A DNA stretch of 57,793 nucleotides from an uncultured Planctomycetaceae bacterium (GTDB lineage: Bacteria; Planctomycetota; Planctomycetia; Planctomycetales; Planctomycetaceae), in the NCBI GenBank assembly GCA_963976765.1, contig CAXBME010000027.1, positions 62,001-119,793 on the forward strand. The letters run 5' to 3'. A program made the translations under genes and the position numbers. Below are positions 1 to 9,215 of this stretch, in pieces (the stretch's first letter is position 1; every line of letters starts with the position of its first letter). The notes under the pieces are model-generated. The model was given only the letters and a program-made list of their open reading frames with translations. It was not told the DNA's origin and did not search any database.

Positions 1-283
1 TGACAAGACGCCAGTTGAATTTTTCTGGCCGGCACCCGGAGTTGGGAAACGGGTTTGCGGCGAACGTTGGACGACGGTAAGTCGCAGAACTGAAGGTTAT
101 GGCCGCATTTCGCCGGGAAATGCAAGCCGGTTCCGAGAAGCCGCCACACGTCAGACGGCGAGGCCAAGTTGGACACCAAGGACGAAGTCAACGCCGTGCA
201 TGTTCTCCGTCGGCTCCTTGCCGGGCATCGCAACAACGGCCTCGAAGAAATGTCAGGCGACAACGGATCAGACGTGATTGGCT

Positions 284-3200
284 TCAACCGCCGGGCTGTG
301 TGACCGGCTTTCGCCATTCGCTCAAATGCTGCATGACGACATAGAACAGCGGCACGAAGAAGACGGCCAAGATGGTGGAAGTGATCATTCCGCCGACCAC
401 GGCCGTTCCCAAGGACTGCTGGCTGGCGGCCCCCGCTCCCTGGGCTCTGACCAGAGGCACGACGCCCAGAATAAAGGCGAAGGAGGTCATCAAAATCGGG
501 CGAAAGCGCAGACGCGAGGCCTCGATTGCCGCTTCGCGAATACTTCGCCCGTGCATGCGCAATTCTCGTGCGAACTCGACGATGAGAATCGCATTCTTGC
601 TGGCCAGCGCAATGATCAAGACTGTTCCGATCTGCGTGTAGACATTGTTGTCCATTCCACGGAACGAAACTGCGGCTACGATGCCAAGCATTCCGATTGG
701 AACAACGAGAATCACGGCAAAAGGGAGAATCCAGCTCTCGTATTGGGCAGCGAGGACGAGGTACACGAGCAATACGGCCAGGGCAAACACTACGAGCGCC
801 TGCCCGCCTACCAGTTTTTCCTGGTAGGCCATGCCCGTCCAGTCGAATCCCATCGTGTTTGGAAGCACTTCGCGGGCAACCTTCTCCATCGCCTCAAGCG
901 CTTCGCCAGAGCTTCGTCCCGGAGCCGCCGAACCAATGATCGATGCGGTCGGATACAGGTTGTACCGGTTAATCACCTGCGGCCCGAAGGCTTCGTCAAC
1001 GGTAAGCACTGATCCAATCGGAATCATTTGCCCGTTGGCGTTACGCACGCGCAGGCGATACACGTCGTCAGCCGAATTGCGAAATTGCGGCTCAGCTTGA
1101 AGGCGGACCTGATAGGTGCGACCAAACTTGTTGAAATCGTTAGCATAAAACGATCCGAGATTCGCCTGCAAGGTGCTGAAAACGTCGTCCAGGTCCAGAT
1201 CCAGCTTTTGAGCTTTTACCCGATCCACATCAGCGAACAACTGAGGAACTCCCGCGCGAAACGTCGTCTGCATTGGCCCGAGCGCTGGACGGCTCTGTGC
1301 GGTCTGGATAATCTCCTGGAGGCGTTGGAACAATTCTTCTCGGCCCACGCCCGCACGGTCTTCGATCTGAATCTGAAAGCCGCCCGAGCTCCCCAGCCCT
1401 CGGATTGCCGGCGGGACGATGGGAAAAACCACTGCCTCGTGAAATTGTCCCATCTCCCGTCGCAATCTGGCGACAATCGCCTCCTGTTTGAGTTGCGAGT
1501 CATGGCGCTCGCCCCAGTCCTTGAAGACGGCGAAGGCCGTGGCGGCATTGGGGGCGGTCGTTCCATCCAGAATCGAGAGGCCGCCGAGAACCAACCAGTT
1601 GTCAATCGCCGGTTCATCCGCAAACACCTTGTCCAGCTTGTCCACGACCGCCCTGGTCCGCTCCTGCGATGCCCCGTCAGGCAACTGAACGCTCACCAAC
1701 ACGTATCCCTGATCCTCTGTCGGCAAGAACCCGGTTGGCAGAGAGAAATACCACCAGGCGGTACCGGCGATCAGCCCGAAAAAGAGCAGCATCCCGACCA
1801 CGGCCACGCGCAGAAACAGGCCAAGAAGCCACACATAGAAGCGCTCGACCCAGCCATAGACTCGATTGAATGCTCGGACGAAAAGATTGCGTTTTTCAGG
1901 CAGCGGACGAAGATAGGTCGCGCACTGCACCGGCTTCAGGGTCAGGGCGTTGATTGCGCTAAGGATGGCTGTCGCCGTGATGGTCAGGGCGAATTGCCGG
2001 TAGAGTTGCCCCGTGATGCCGCCGAGAAAGGCCGCGGGAAGAAACACGGCCGTAAGCACTAGCGTGATGCTAATAACCGGCCCCGTCATTTCTTCCATCG
2101 CCTTGATGGAGGCGTCGCGTGGCTTGAGCCCTAGCTCGACGTGGTGCGCCGCGTTCTCCACGATGACGATGGCGTCATCGACGACGATCCCGATCGCCAG
2201 CACTAAGCCGAACAACGTTAGAAAGTTGACCGTGAAGCCCAAAAGAGGCATGACGGCGAACGCGCCGATGATCGTCACAGGAACGGTCGTGGCAGGAACC
2301 AGCACTGCCCGCCAGTCGTGCAAGAAGACTAGAATCACCAACAGGACGAGGACGCCGGCTTCGATCAACGTATGGTACACGCCTTCGACTCCCGCCTCGA
2401 CAAACTTGGTTGTGTCAAAGGGAATGGTGTAATCCAAACCAGCCGGGAAATCCTGCTTGAGGCGCTCGATGGACTCGCGAACATTTTCCGCCACTTCCAG
2501 CGCATTTGCTCCTGGTAACTGGTAAACGAGAATACTCACGGCCGCGGTGCCCGAGCGGACACTAAATGAATCGTAAGATTGGCTTCCTAGTTCGACGCGT
2601 GCCACGTCGCGGAGGTACGTAACCCGACCACGCTGTTTCTTGACAATAATATCTTCAAATTGTTCGGCCTCGCTGAGCCGGCCGAGCGCTGTCACGGGAA
2701 GTTGCAGCAATTGGTTCTTCGGTGCTGGCGCCTGGCCAATCTGGCCAGCAGCCACCTGGACGTTTTGGTCTCGCAGAGCGTCGATCACATCCTGAGTTGT
2801 CAAATTGCGTGCGCTCAGTCGCTCGGGATCGAGCCAGACCCGCATGCTATAGTCGGATCCCCCGCGAACATCGACGCCGCCGACTCCTGAAACGCGGCTC
2901 AATTCATCGCGTAACCGCAGGGTCGAATAGTTCGCCATGAACAGGCTGTCGAATGTCTCGTCTGGAGAAACGAGCGAGATCACCAGGATGATGTCGGTCG
3001 ATTGCTTTTTGACGGAGATTCCCTGGCGTCGTACTTCCTCGGGAAGAAGAGGCTCGGCAATCGCGACGCGGTTTTGAACCAGGACCTGGGCGGTGTCCAG
3101 GTCGACGCCGATGTCGAAGGTTACGGTCAGCGCGTAGGAGCCGTCCGCCGAACAGTTAGACGACATGTACAACATGCCTTCAACACCGTTGACCTGTTGC

Positions 3201-3400
3201 TCGATGGGTGCGGCCACGGTTTCCGCCACGACGCGGGCGTTCGCCCCGGGATACACAGTGGTGACCTGCACGGTCGGTGGCGTGATCTTGGGATACTGTT
3301 CGACCGGCAGGTTGTACATCGCCACGACGCCGAGGATCACCGTGATGATCGCGATAACATTGGCGAAGACGGGGCGGTCGATGAAGAATTTGGACAGCAT
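284..3400 (-). CDS. RND efflux permease (AcrB/HAE1 family)
   Basis: 1038 aa; MLSKFFIDRPVFA N-terminus, LAIGIVVDDAIVIVEN, KNAILIVEFA and RFRPILMTS motifs. Confidence 0.97.
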   Translation of the reverse strand: MLSKFFIDRPVFANVIAIITVILGVVAMYNLPVEQYPKITPPTVQVTTVYPGANARVVAETVAAPIEQQVNGVEGMLYMSSNCSADGSYALTVTFDIGVDLDTAQVLVQNRVAIAEPLLPEEVRRQGISVKKQSTDIILVISLVSPDETFDSLFMANYSTLRLRDELSRVSGVGGVDVRGGSDYSMRVWLDPERLSARNLTTQDVIDALRDQNVQVAAGQIGQAPAPKNQLLQLPVTALGRLSEAEQFEDIIVKKQRGRVTYLRDVARVELGSQSYDSFSVRSGTAAVSILVYQLPGANALEVAENVRESIERLKQDFPAGLDYTIPFDTTKFVEAGVEGVYHTLIEAGVLVLLVILVFLHDWRAVLVPATTVPVTIIGAFAVMPLLGFTVNFLTLFGLVLAIGIVVDDAIVIVENAAHHVELGLKPRDASIKAMEEMTGPVISITLVLTAVFLPAAFLGGITGQLYRQFALTITATAILSAINALTLKPVQCATYLRPLPEKRNLFVRAFNRVYGWVERFYVWLLGLFLRVAVVGMLLFFGLIAGTAWWYFSLPTGFLPTEDQGYVLVSVQLPDGASQERTRAVVDKLDKVFADEPAIDNWLVLGGLSILDGTTAPNAATAFAVFKDWGERHDSQLKQEAIVARLRREMGQFHEAVVFPIVPPAIRGLGSSGGFQIQIEDRAGVGREELFQRLQEIIQTAQSRPALGPMQTTFRAGVPQLFADVDRVKAQKLDLDLDDVFSTLQANLGSFYANDFNKFGRTYQVRLQAEPQFRNSADDVYRLRVRNANGQMIPIGSVLTVDEAFGPQVINRYNLYPTASIIGSAAPGRSSGEALEAMEKVAREVLPNTMGFDWTGMAYQEKLVGGQALVVFALAVLLVYLVLAAQYESWILPFAVILVVPIGMLGIVAAVSFRGMDNNVYTQIGTVLIIALASKNAILIVEFARELRMHGRSIREAAIEASRLRFRPILMTSFAFILGVVPLVRAQGAGAASQQSLGTAVVGGMITSTILAVFFVPLFYVVMQHLSEWRKPVTQPGG

Positions 3401-3487
3401 AGGATTACCTTAACAACTCCATTGCATCCACCGAGCAGCAAACTACAAGCCGCGGGCGAAGGCGCAAACCACCAGACGAAGCCCTTG

Positions 3488-4771
3488 TCACTGAACTTTC
3501 CGCCGAGCCGCCTCAGGGGGTGCTGCAACCTGCACAACCTCTTCTGGCTGCACCAACTCCGGGGTCACTTTGGCTCCGGGCCGTGCCCTTTGCAGGCCAC
3601 TCACGATGACCCGATCGGTGGCGGTCAATCCTTCGCGAATCGGCAGGAACCCCCTGTGCTCCAGGTTCATTTCAATCTGCACGGGGCGTTGCTCCACGGT
3701 GTCGTCGGTATCGACGACGAGCACGTAGCGGCCACGTTGGTCAGCGGCGAGTGCGGTTTCGGGAACGAGCAGTCGCGGCTTGGGCCGGCCGACTGGAACC
3801 TGGATGCGGGCGAACAAGCCGGGAACGAGCTTCCTGTCCGGATTAGGAAGCGTCCCGCGAACGAGAACGGTTCCGGTTTCTGACTCGACGCGGTTGTCGC
3901 GGAAGTTGATAATGCCAGCGTGCGGAAAACCCGTTTCCGTTTCCATGCCGATGCCCAGCGGCGCTTGCATCAGCGACCAGGACGAAGATTGCGCCTGGTC
4001 GGTCTGCTCGAAACGCAGGAGATCCCGCTCGGGAATCTCGAAAATTACGTAAATTGGGTCCATCTTAACGATGGTTGTCAACAGAGTCGGTTCGTTGTAA
4101 CCGACGAGATTGCCCACCGTCATGAGCGTACGTCCTACACGACCTGAAATGGGCGCATGGATTTTCGTGTAACTCAAATTGAGTTCAACCTGCTTGATTG
4201 ATGCGCGGGCTTTTTCCCGTTCCGCCTTCGTCACCGCCAGTTTATTCTGCTTCGACTCCCATGTTTCTCTGGAAGTCGCTTTCTGTTCGTATAGCTCCGA
4301 TGAGCGCTTCGCTTCGGACTCAGCAAGCCGCAACTCGTCTTCGAGGCGCGCGATGTCGGCTGCCTTTTCGTCGACCGCCGCCTGATACTCGCTGGGATCA
4401 AGCTCGTAGAGCAACGCTCCTTGTTCCACTTCGGCTCCTTCTTCGAAGTGGATCTTCTGCAAGACGCCGCGCACCCGCGCCCGGATAGAGACCGTCTCGA
4501 CAGCTTCGAGATGCCCTGTATATTCGCGTGTCTCGGCCAGCGGGCGCTCGACCGGATGGCTCACGAGCACCTTTGGCGGGGGTGGCGCGGCTGCCGCAGG
4601 GCCCGGCCGCTCGCCACGCTGGCATCCGGCGAAGATGACCAGGGCTCCTGCCAACAGCCCGGCCGATCGAAGGCGACCGGGCCAGACCCGATCGGCCGTA
4701 GTGTGGGCGTCTCGCCCGACGTCGTCGGTTCGGCGAATGATCGGCGAAATTGTCCTGGTGATTCGGCTCAT
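3488..4771 (-). CDS. RND periplasmic adaptor (membrane fusion protein)
   Basis: Lipobox-like IFAGC, IRARVRG, YTKIHAPISG, coiled hairpin; directly upstream of the RND permease. Confidence 0.95.
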   Translation of the reverse strand: MSRITRTISPIIRRTDDVGRDAHTTADRVWPGRLRSAGLLAGALVIFAGCQRGERPGPAAAAPPPPKVLVSHPVERPLAETREYTGHLEAVETVSIRARVRGVLQKIHFEEGAEVEQGALLYELDPSEYQAAVDEKAADIARLEDELRLAESEAKRSSELYEQKATSRETWESKQNKLAVTKAEREKARASIKQVELNLSYTKIHAPISGRVGRTLMTVGNLVGYNEPTLLTTIVKMDPIYVIFEIPERDLLRFEQTDQAQSSSWSLMQAPLGIGMETETGFPHAGIINFRDNRVESETGTVLVRGTLPNPDRKLVPGLFARIQVPVGRPKPRLLVPETALAADQRGRYVLVVDTDDTVEQRPVQIEMNLEHRGFLPIREGLTATDRVIVSGLQRARPGAKVTPELVQPEEVVQVAAPPEAARRKVQ

Positions 4772-5418
4772 CGGTTCCCCTCCCAGCGTCTTCGCTCGGA
4801 ATCAGAGAGAATCCCGCAGAAGACGATATCGACAATGTCGTCGGCCTGCTCGCGCAACGCTTTCTGCCGGCCGGCAACGTGGTTTGTGAACATGGTTCCG
4901 TAAATAAGGTCGCTGATGACCGATGTGATGCGATGAACTGGCATGGCGCGCACTCGCCCCGCTTCGATGAGAGCCTGGTACAACTGCTGCCATCGTGCAA
5001 GATTCTTCTCGCGGTGCTCGATGTAGGTGGGCGTTTTGCGATCACGAAACAGGGCGCGTTCCTGGATCAGGAGTTCGGCGAATTCAGGGTGTTCGTCGAA
5101 AAACCCAAGGAAGGCTTCAATCGCTGCGGCAATCTGCTCCAGCGGATCGTCGCGACTGGCTACGGCGGCATCGAGGCACTCGCGGAGTCGCCGCATGGCG
5201 CGGTCGGCCGCCGCCAGGAACAGATCCCTCTTGCTGGGAAAATACCGGTACAGCGTTCCTTTTCCGACGCCGACGCGATCGGCCAACTCCTGGGTGTCGG
5301 CACCCGCGTAACCACGTTCCGCAAAGAGCGTGGCGGCCACGTCGAGGATTTCGCCGCTCCGGCGGCCCCACAGTTCCTCGTCAACGGGTCGCCCGCGGCT
5401 GTTCTGGGTGGCGTTCAT
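4768..5418 (-). CDS. TetR/AcrR family repressor
   Basis: HTH LADRVGVGKGTLYRYFPSKRDL; 4-nt overlap with the MFP gene. Confidence 0.95.
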   Translation of the reverse strand: MNATQNSRGRPVDEELWGRRSGEILDVAATLFAERGYAGADTQELADRVGVGKGTLYRYFPSKRDLFLAAADRAMRRLRECLDAAVASRDDPLEQIAAAIEAFLGFFDEHPEFAELLIQERALFRDRKTPTYIEHREKNLARWQQLYQALIEAGRVRAMPVHRITSVISDLIYGTMFTNHVAGRQKALREQADDIVDIVFCGILSDSERRRWEGNR

Positions 5419-5428
5419 GAAACCTCCT

Positions 5429-5492
5429 GACTGACTAGTCCGTCAGCAATGTACCACTGCCGGGGCGACGTTTCAAGACGGACTGGTCCGTC
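5429..5492 (-). promoter_or_regulatory. sigma70-type promoter of tetR-MFP-RND flanked by two TetR operator palindromes
   Basis: Minus strand TTGAAA (5476-5471), 17 bp, TACATT (5453-5448); operators GACTGACTAGTCCGTC (5429-5444) and GACGGACTGGTCCGTC (5477-5492). Confidence 0.7.
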
Positions 5493-5607
5493 AAAAATCG
5501 GACCAAATGCCCGTCAAGACCGGAATGACCGTTGCAACCCGCGATATAGTCGCTCCGATAGCATGGGTTGTATCAAGATAAGCGACGACTTCGCCGATAA
5601 CTACTTT

Positions 5608-5625
5608 GCGGACTGTTCAGTCCGC
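5608..5625. promoter_or_regulatory. TetR operator-like palindrome upstream of the OMF gene
   Basis: GCGGACTG-TT-CAGTCCGC, sharing the GACTG/CAGTCCG core with the other operators. Confidence 0.55.
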
Positions 5626-5704
5626 TAATTTGTCGACCGTTTCGCGCAAACCATTTCAACTTGGGCGATGGGCGGATGAGTGATTGGTCACGGAGGACCG
5701 AAAG

Positions 5705-7321
5705 ATGGCTGTACGTTCACGGCGACTCGCCGCCCTTGTGGCGATGGGCGTGCTGACTCTGATCTGCGCGACGGGCTGCACCGGAGCGCGCGAATACGTC
5801 CACAACAGGTTCAAGGTTGGCCCCAATTATAAACGGCCTGCCGCGCCGGTGGCCGACGAATGGATCGACTCGCAGAACCCTCGAATCGCAAGCGTGCCGG
5901 GGGACTACCGGGCGTGGTGGACGGTCTTTGAGGACCCTGCCTTGAATGGCCTCGTGCAGACGGCGTATCAGCAGAACATCACCCTGCGAGAAGCCGGCTT
6001 TCGAGTGGCTGAAGTCCAAGCACAGCGGGGCGTTGTGGTAGGAAACATCTTTCCGCAGCTCCAGCAGGTGGAGGCGGATTACACGCGCACGCAACGCAGC
6101 ACCGAAACGGCGCTCTTTCCGTCAATTCCTCCGGGGTCGCCGTTTGCGAATCTCTCCTCGCCTCAATTCAGCAATTGGCGAGTGGGCGGCAGTCTCGCCT
6201 GGGAGTTGGACTTCTGGGGTCGATACCGCCGCGCCATTGAGGGCGCCGACGCACGGCTGAACGCCTCGGTGGAAGAATTCGACGATGCTCTGGTCCTCTT
6301 AATCGGCGAAGTGGCAAGAACTTACGTCGAGTTTCGCACAATTGAGCAGCAGCTGGAAGTGGCCCGTGAGAATGCGGAGTTGCAATCTGAGAGCGTCCGG
6401 GTGGCAGAGGCTCGACTAAAAGCTATGGCAGCCGAAAGCGAGCTTGACACGCCGCAAGCCAGGGCGAATCTGGGCAACACGCTCGCGACGGTTGAAGCTC
6501 TTGAGATTCAGCGACGACAGGCTCAGAACCGGTTGGCGGTCCTCATGGGCATGCCGCCGCACGATCTCAATTACCTGTTGGACGGACCCGCTGCGATTCC
6601 CACCGCCCCGGACACGGTGGCAGTGGGCGTTCCTGCCGATCTGGTCTGGCGCCGACCGGACGTTCGACGAGCGGAACGACTCGTGGCTGCGCAAAGCGCG
6701 GAAATCGGAATCGCTCAATCCGAACTGTACCCGCATATCTCGATCAATGGCACAATGGGCTGGGAAGCCGCTCAATTCAGTGATGTCTTCAAGAGCAGTG
6801 CCTTCGGAGGCACAATCGGGCCGTCGCTGCGCTGGAACGTGCTCAACTACGGTCGGCTGCTCAATAACATTCGCGTTCAAGATGCTCGATTCCAGCAGCT
6901 CGTCGCCAATTATCAACAGACCGTGCTGCAAGCTAACGAAGAAGCGGAGAATGCCATCGTTGCGTATCTGCATTTCACGGACCAGGTGGGCGTGCGGGAA
7001 GAGAGCGCTAAGCAGGCACGCGAAGCCGAACGTGTGGCTCAGGTCAAATACCGGGAGGGCGAGATCGACTTCAACCGCCTGTTCACCGTTCAGCAGTTGC
7101 TCCTCAACCAGCAAGAGTTGTTGGCCATCGCCCGGGGCAATGCGGCACAAAGCCTGGTCGATCTCTACCGGGCATTGGGCGGCGGCTGGGAAATCCGGCT
7201 TGATCCCTCGATGGGTGGAATACCCTCGTCTGAGTTGCCCGGCGACCCGCCGTTGCCACCCGCACCTGAAATGCTGCCCGCGCCACGACCAGTGCCAGAA
7301 ATGGAAGGGACAGAAGAATGA
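5705..7321 (+). CDS. Outer membrane efflux lipoprotein (NodT/OprM/TolC family)
   Basis: Lipobox ATGC, VGPNYKRP, WELDFWGR, RRPDVRRAE, LYRALGGGW; GGAGG RBS before ATG 5705. Confidence 0.95.
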   Translation: MAVRSRRLAALVAMGVLTLICATGCTGAREYVHNRFKVGPNYKRPAAPVADEWIDSQNPRIASVPGDYRAWWTVFEDPALNGLVQTAYQQNITLREAGFRVAEVQAQRGVVVGNIFPQLQQVEADYTRTQRSTETALFPSIPPGSPFANLSSPQFSNWRVGGSLAWELDFWGRYRRAIEGADARLNASVEEFDDALVLLIGEVARTYVEFRTIEQQLEVARENAELQSESVRVAEARLKAMAAESELDTPQARANLGNTLATVEALEIQRRQAQNRLAVLMGMPPHDLNYLLDGPAAIPTAPDTVAVGVPADLVWRRPDVRRAERLVAAQSAEIGIAQSELYPHISINGTMGWEAAQFSDVFKSSAFGGTIGPSLRWNVLNYGRLLNNIRVQDARFQQLVANYQQTVLQANEEAENAIVAYLHFTDQVGVREESAKQAREAERVAQVKYREGEIDFNRLFTVQQLLLNQQELLAIARGNAAQSLVDLYRALGGGWEIRLDPSMGGIPSSELPGDPPLPPAPEMLPAPRPVPEMEGTEE

Positions 7322-7746
7322 ACGTCGAACCGAAAACGAAGGCCCGGCGAACCATTCTCGCGGCACGCATTGCCGGATTGATTGTGGTCGCCCTATTGAC
7401 GGCAGGGCCGGCGATCACGTCTGCCAATGAGTGGTCTTGCGTTGCAAAGGCTCCGCCGAGCAAGGCCCTCGGCGGCGTAGGCCATTGCCCATTGTGTTGC
7501 CCCGACGATTACATCCGCAAACCAGCGCCCTGCGTCTCTCCGGTTTCTAGTTGCTGTCCTGACACGTACTGCCCCAAACCGTGCCTGGTTTTGCCGTGCC
7601 CGGAAATGTCCTTCTGTCCGGATGACTACTGCCCCAAGCCGCCGCCATCGCCGTGTCGTCCAATGACAAATGCGTGGTACAAGTGCGTTCCGCTTGCGCC
7701 CTGTCATTGGCTGCGACCCCCGACGTGCCCTGGCAACGACCAGTAA
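7318..7746 (+). CDS. Secreted Cys/Pro-rich protein with three CPD(D/T)Y-x-x-KP repeats
   Basis: Signal-peptide-like N-terminus, 16 Cys, ATGA overlap with the OMF stop. Confidence 0.75.
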   Translation: MNVEPKTKARRTILAARIAGLIVVALLTAGPAITSANEWSCVAKAPPSKALGGVGHCPLCCPDDYIRKPAPCVSPVSSCCPDTYCPKPCLVLPCPEMSFCPDDYCPKPPPSPCRPMTNAWYKCVPLAPCHWLRPPTCPGNDQ

Positions 7747-7770
7747 GCTCCCCGGCGTTTCCCGCGCTCG

Positions 7771-8334
7771 TCAATGCTCGACGGCGTGGTGAAGTTCGAC
7801 GGGCGAAGTATCGGTAGCCGATCGTGCTGGCCCATGTGGCTTGTCCACGGGCTTATAGATCAGCACCATTGACGCACCGGCGACCGCGAGAACCAGACCG
7901 GCGAAGAAGCGCCAGTCGGGCGCGGTCTTCGTGGGGTGAAAGTAGTAGATCGTCGCCAGTGTGTTGATGATTGGCGCGCCCCCGAAGACCAGAGGCGCCA
8001 CGAAGATGGCGGCTCCCGGTCCGGCTTTGGTCGTTGCGAAGATGACGCATAACGCGCCCATTGCACCGGCCATTCCCGCGGCCAAGCCCCAGAGCGATGC
8101 GTGCAGTTGAAAATTCGGGACGGTTCCGGGCTTCACAGTGGGATCGGACTTGGCCACGAAGATGAAGAAGGCCGGGATCAGCACGGCGACGATGAAATAT
8201 GCCGAGCCGACGAACATAAACGCCCGCAGGTTGCTCTTCAACTCGAACGCGGCCCGGTGGACGACGGGAACGTAGACGCCCCAGGACAGCGCGGCCCCGG
8301 CAACGAATGACAGTACGACGAGCCACTTCGACAT
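7771..8334 (-). CDS. Small multi-TM membrane protein (DMT/EamA-like)
   Basis: About 5 hydrophobic segments; RBS AGAGGAG before MSKW start. Confidence 0.7.
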   Translation of the reverse strand: MSKWLVVLSFVAGAALSWGVYVPVVHRAAFELKSNLRAFMFVGSAYFIVAVLIPAFFIFVAKSDPTVKPGTVPNFQLHASLWGLAAGMAGAMGALCVIFATTKAGPGAAIFVAPLVFGGAPIINTLATIYYFHPTKTAPDWRFFAGLVLAVAGASMVLIYKPVDKPHGPARSATDTSPVELHHAVEH

Positions 8335-8441
8335 TGATTCCATCTCCTCTGGTCGGGATTTGTTGAACGGCGTTAGGGAGGCGGGGCCGCTGAAGGCCCC
8401 GGCTGGCCTGCGCAGCCAGCTCACGCTTCAGAAAGCTGGGA

Positions 8442-8496
8442 TTGACGCAACTTCGGCAGCCGGTACAATACTTATTCTCGGACGGACCAGTCCGTT
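8442..8496 (+). promoter_or_regulatory. sigma70-type promoter and TetR operator of the second RND operon
   Basis: TTGACG (8442-8447), 16 bp, TACAAT (8464-8469); operator GACGGACCAGTCCGTT (8481-8496). Confidence 0.7.
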
Positions 8497-8527
8497 AACA
8501 AAATAGTGCCTCGGGAGATTCCTGTCC

Positions 8528-9178
8528 ATGCCAGTCGCCTCAAAAAGTCACCGTCCGGTGGGGCGTCCCCCTGACGCCGAGCTGCAGGAGCGTCGCAGTG
8601 CGGAAATCCTCGACGCCGCGACGGCCGTGTTCTCGGAGAACGGGTTCGCGGCGGCGGATGTCCAGGAGATCGCCAACAAAACGGGCGTCGGCAAGGGGAC
8701 AGTTTACCGTTACTTCCCTAGCAAGGAAGAGCTTTTTCTGGCGGCCGTCGATCACGGGATGCGGCGACTCAAGAGTGCGGTGGATGCCGCAATCGCCGGC
8801 GTGGAGCAACCGCTGGAGCGGATTGCCGAAGGTGTTCGCGCCTACCTGGCCTTCTTCGACGAGCACCCGGAAATCGTCGAATTGCTGATTCATGAACGTG
8901 CTCATTTTCGGGACCGGAAGAAGCCAACCTATTTCGTACACCGCGACGCCAACATGGCTCCGTGGCAAGCGTTATTCCGCGAGTTGATACAAGACGGAGT
9001 CGTGCGTGATATCCCGGTGGAGCGGATCACCGAATTCGTTTCCGACGTGGTATACGGGACGATGTTCACCAACTACTTCTCAGGGCGTAAGGCAACGCTG
9101 TCCAGTCAAAGCGACACCATCTTGGACATGGTGTTTCATGGCCTGCTCGTCGGTCGCGAAACTCCGTCCGTCGAATAA
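8528..9178 (+). CDS. TetR/AcrR family repressor, paralog of 4768-5418
   Basis: HTH IANKTGVGKGTVYRYFPSKEEL; shares FFDEHPE, ERAxFRDRK and YGTMFTN with the first TetR. Confidence 0.95.
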   Translation: MPVASKSHRPVGRPPDAELQERRSAEILDAATAVFSENGFAAADVQEIANKTGVGKGTVYRYFPSKEELFLAAVDHGMRRLKSAVDAAIAGVEQPLERIAEGVRAYLAFFDEHPEIVELLIHERAHFRDRKKPTYFVHRDANMAPWQALFRELIQDGVVRDIPVERITEFVSDVVYGTMFTNYFSGRKATLSSQSDTILDMVFHGLLVGRETPSVE

Positions 9179-9215
9179 CTCGCGCGAATAAAACCTCTCG
9201 GAAAGGTGGGATAAT

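Noticed and set aside
7318..7746. RiPP precursor reading of the Cys-rich protein
   Set aside because: Has a Sec-like signal peptide and no modifying enzymes nearby
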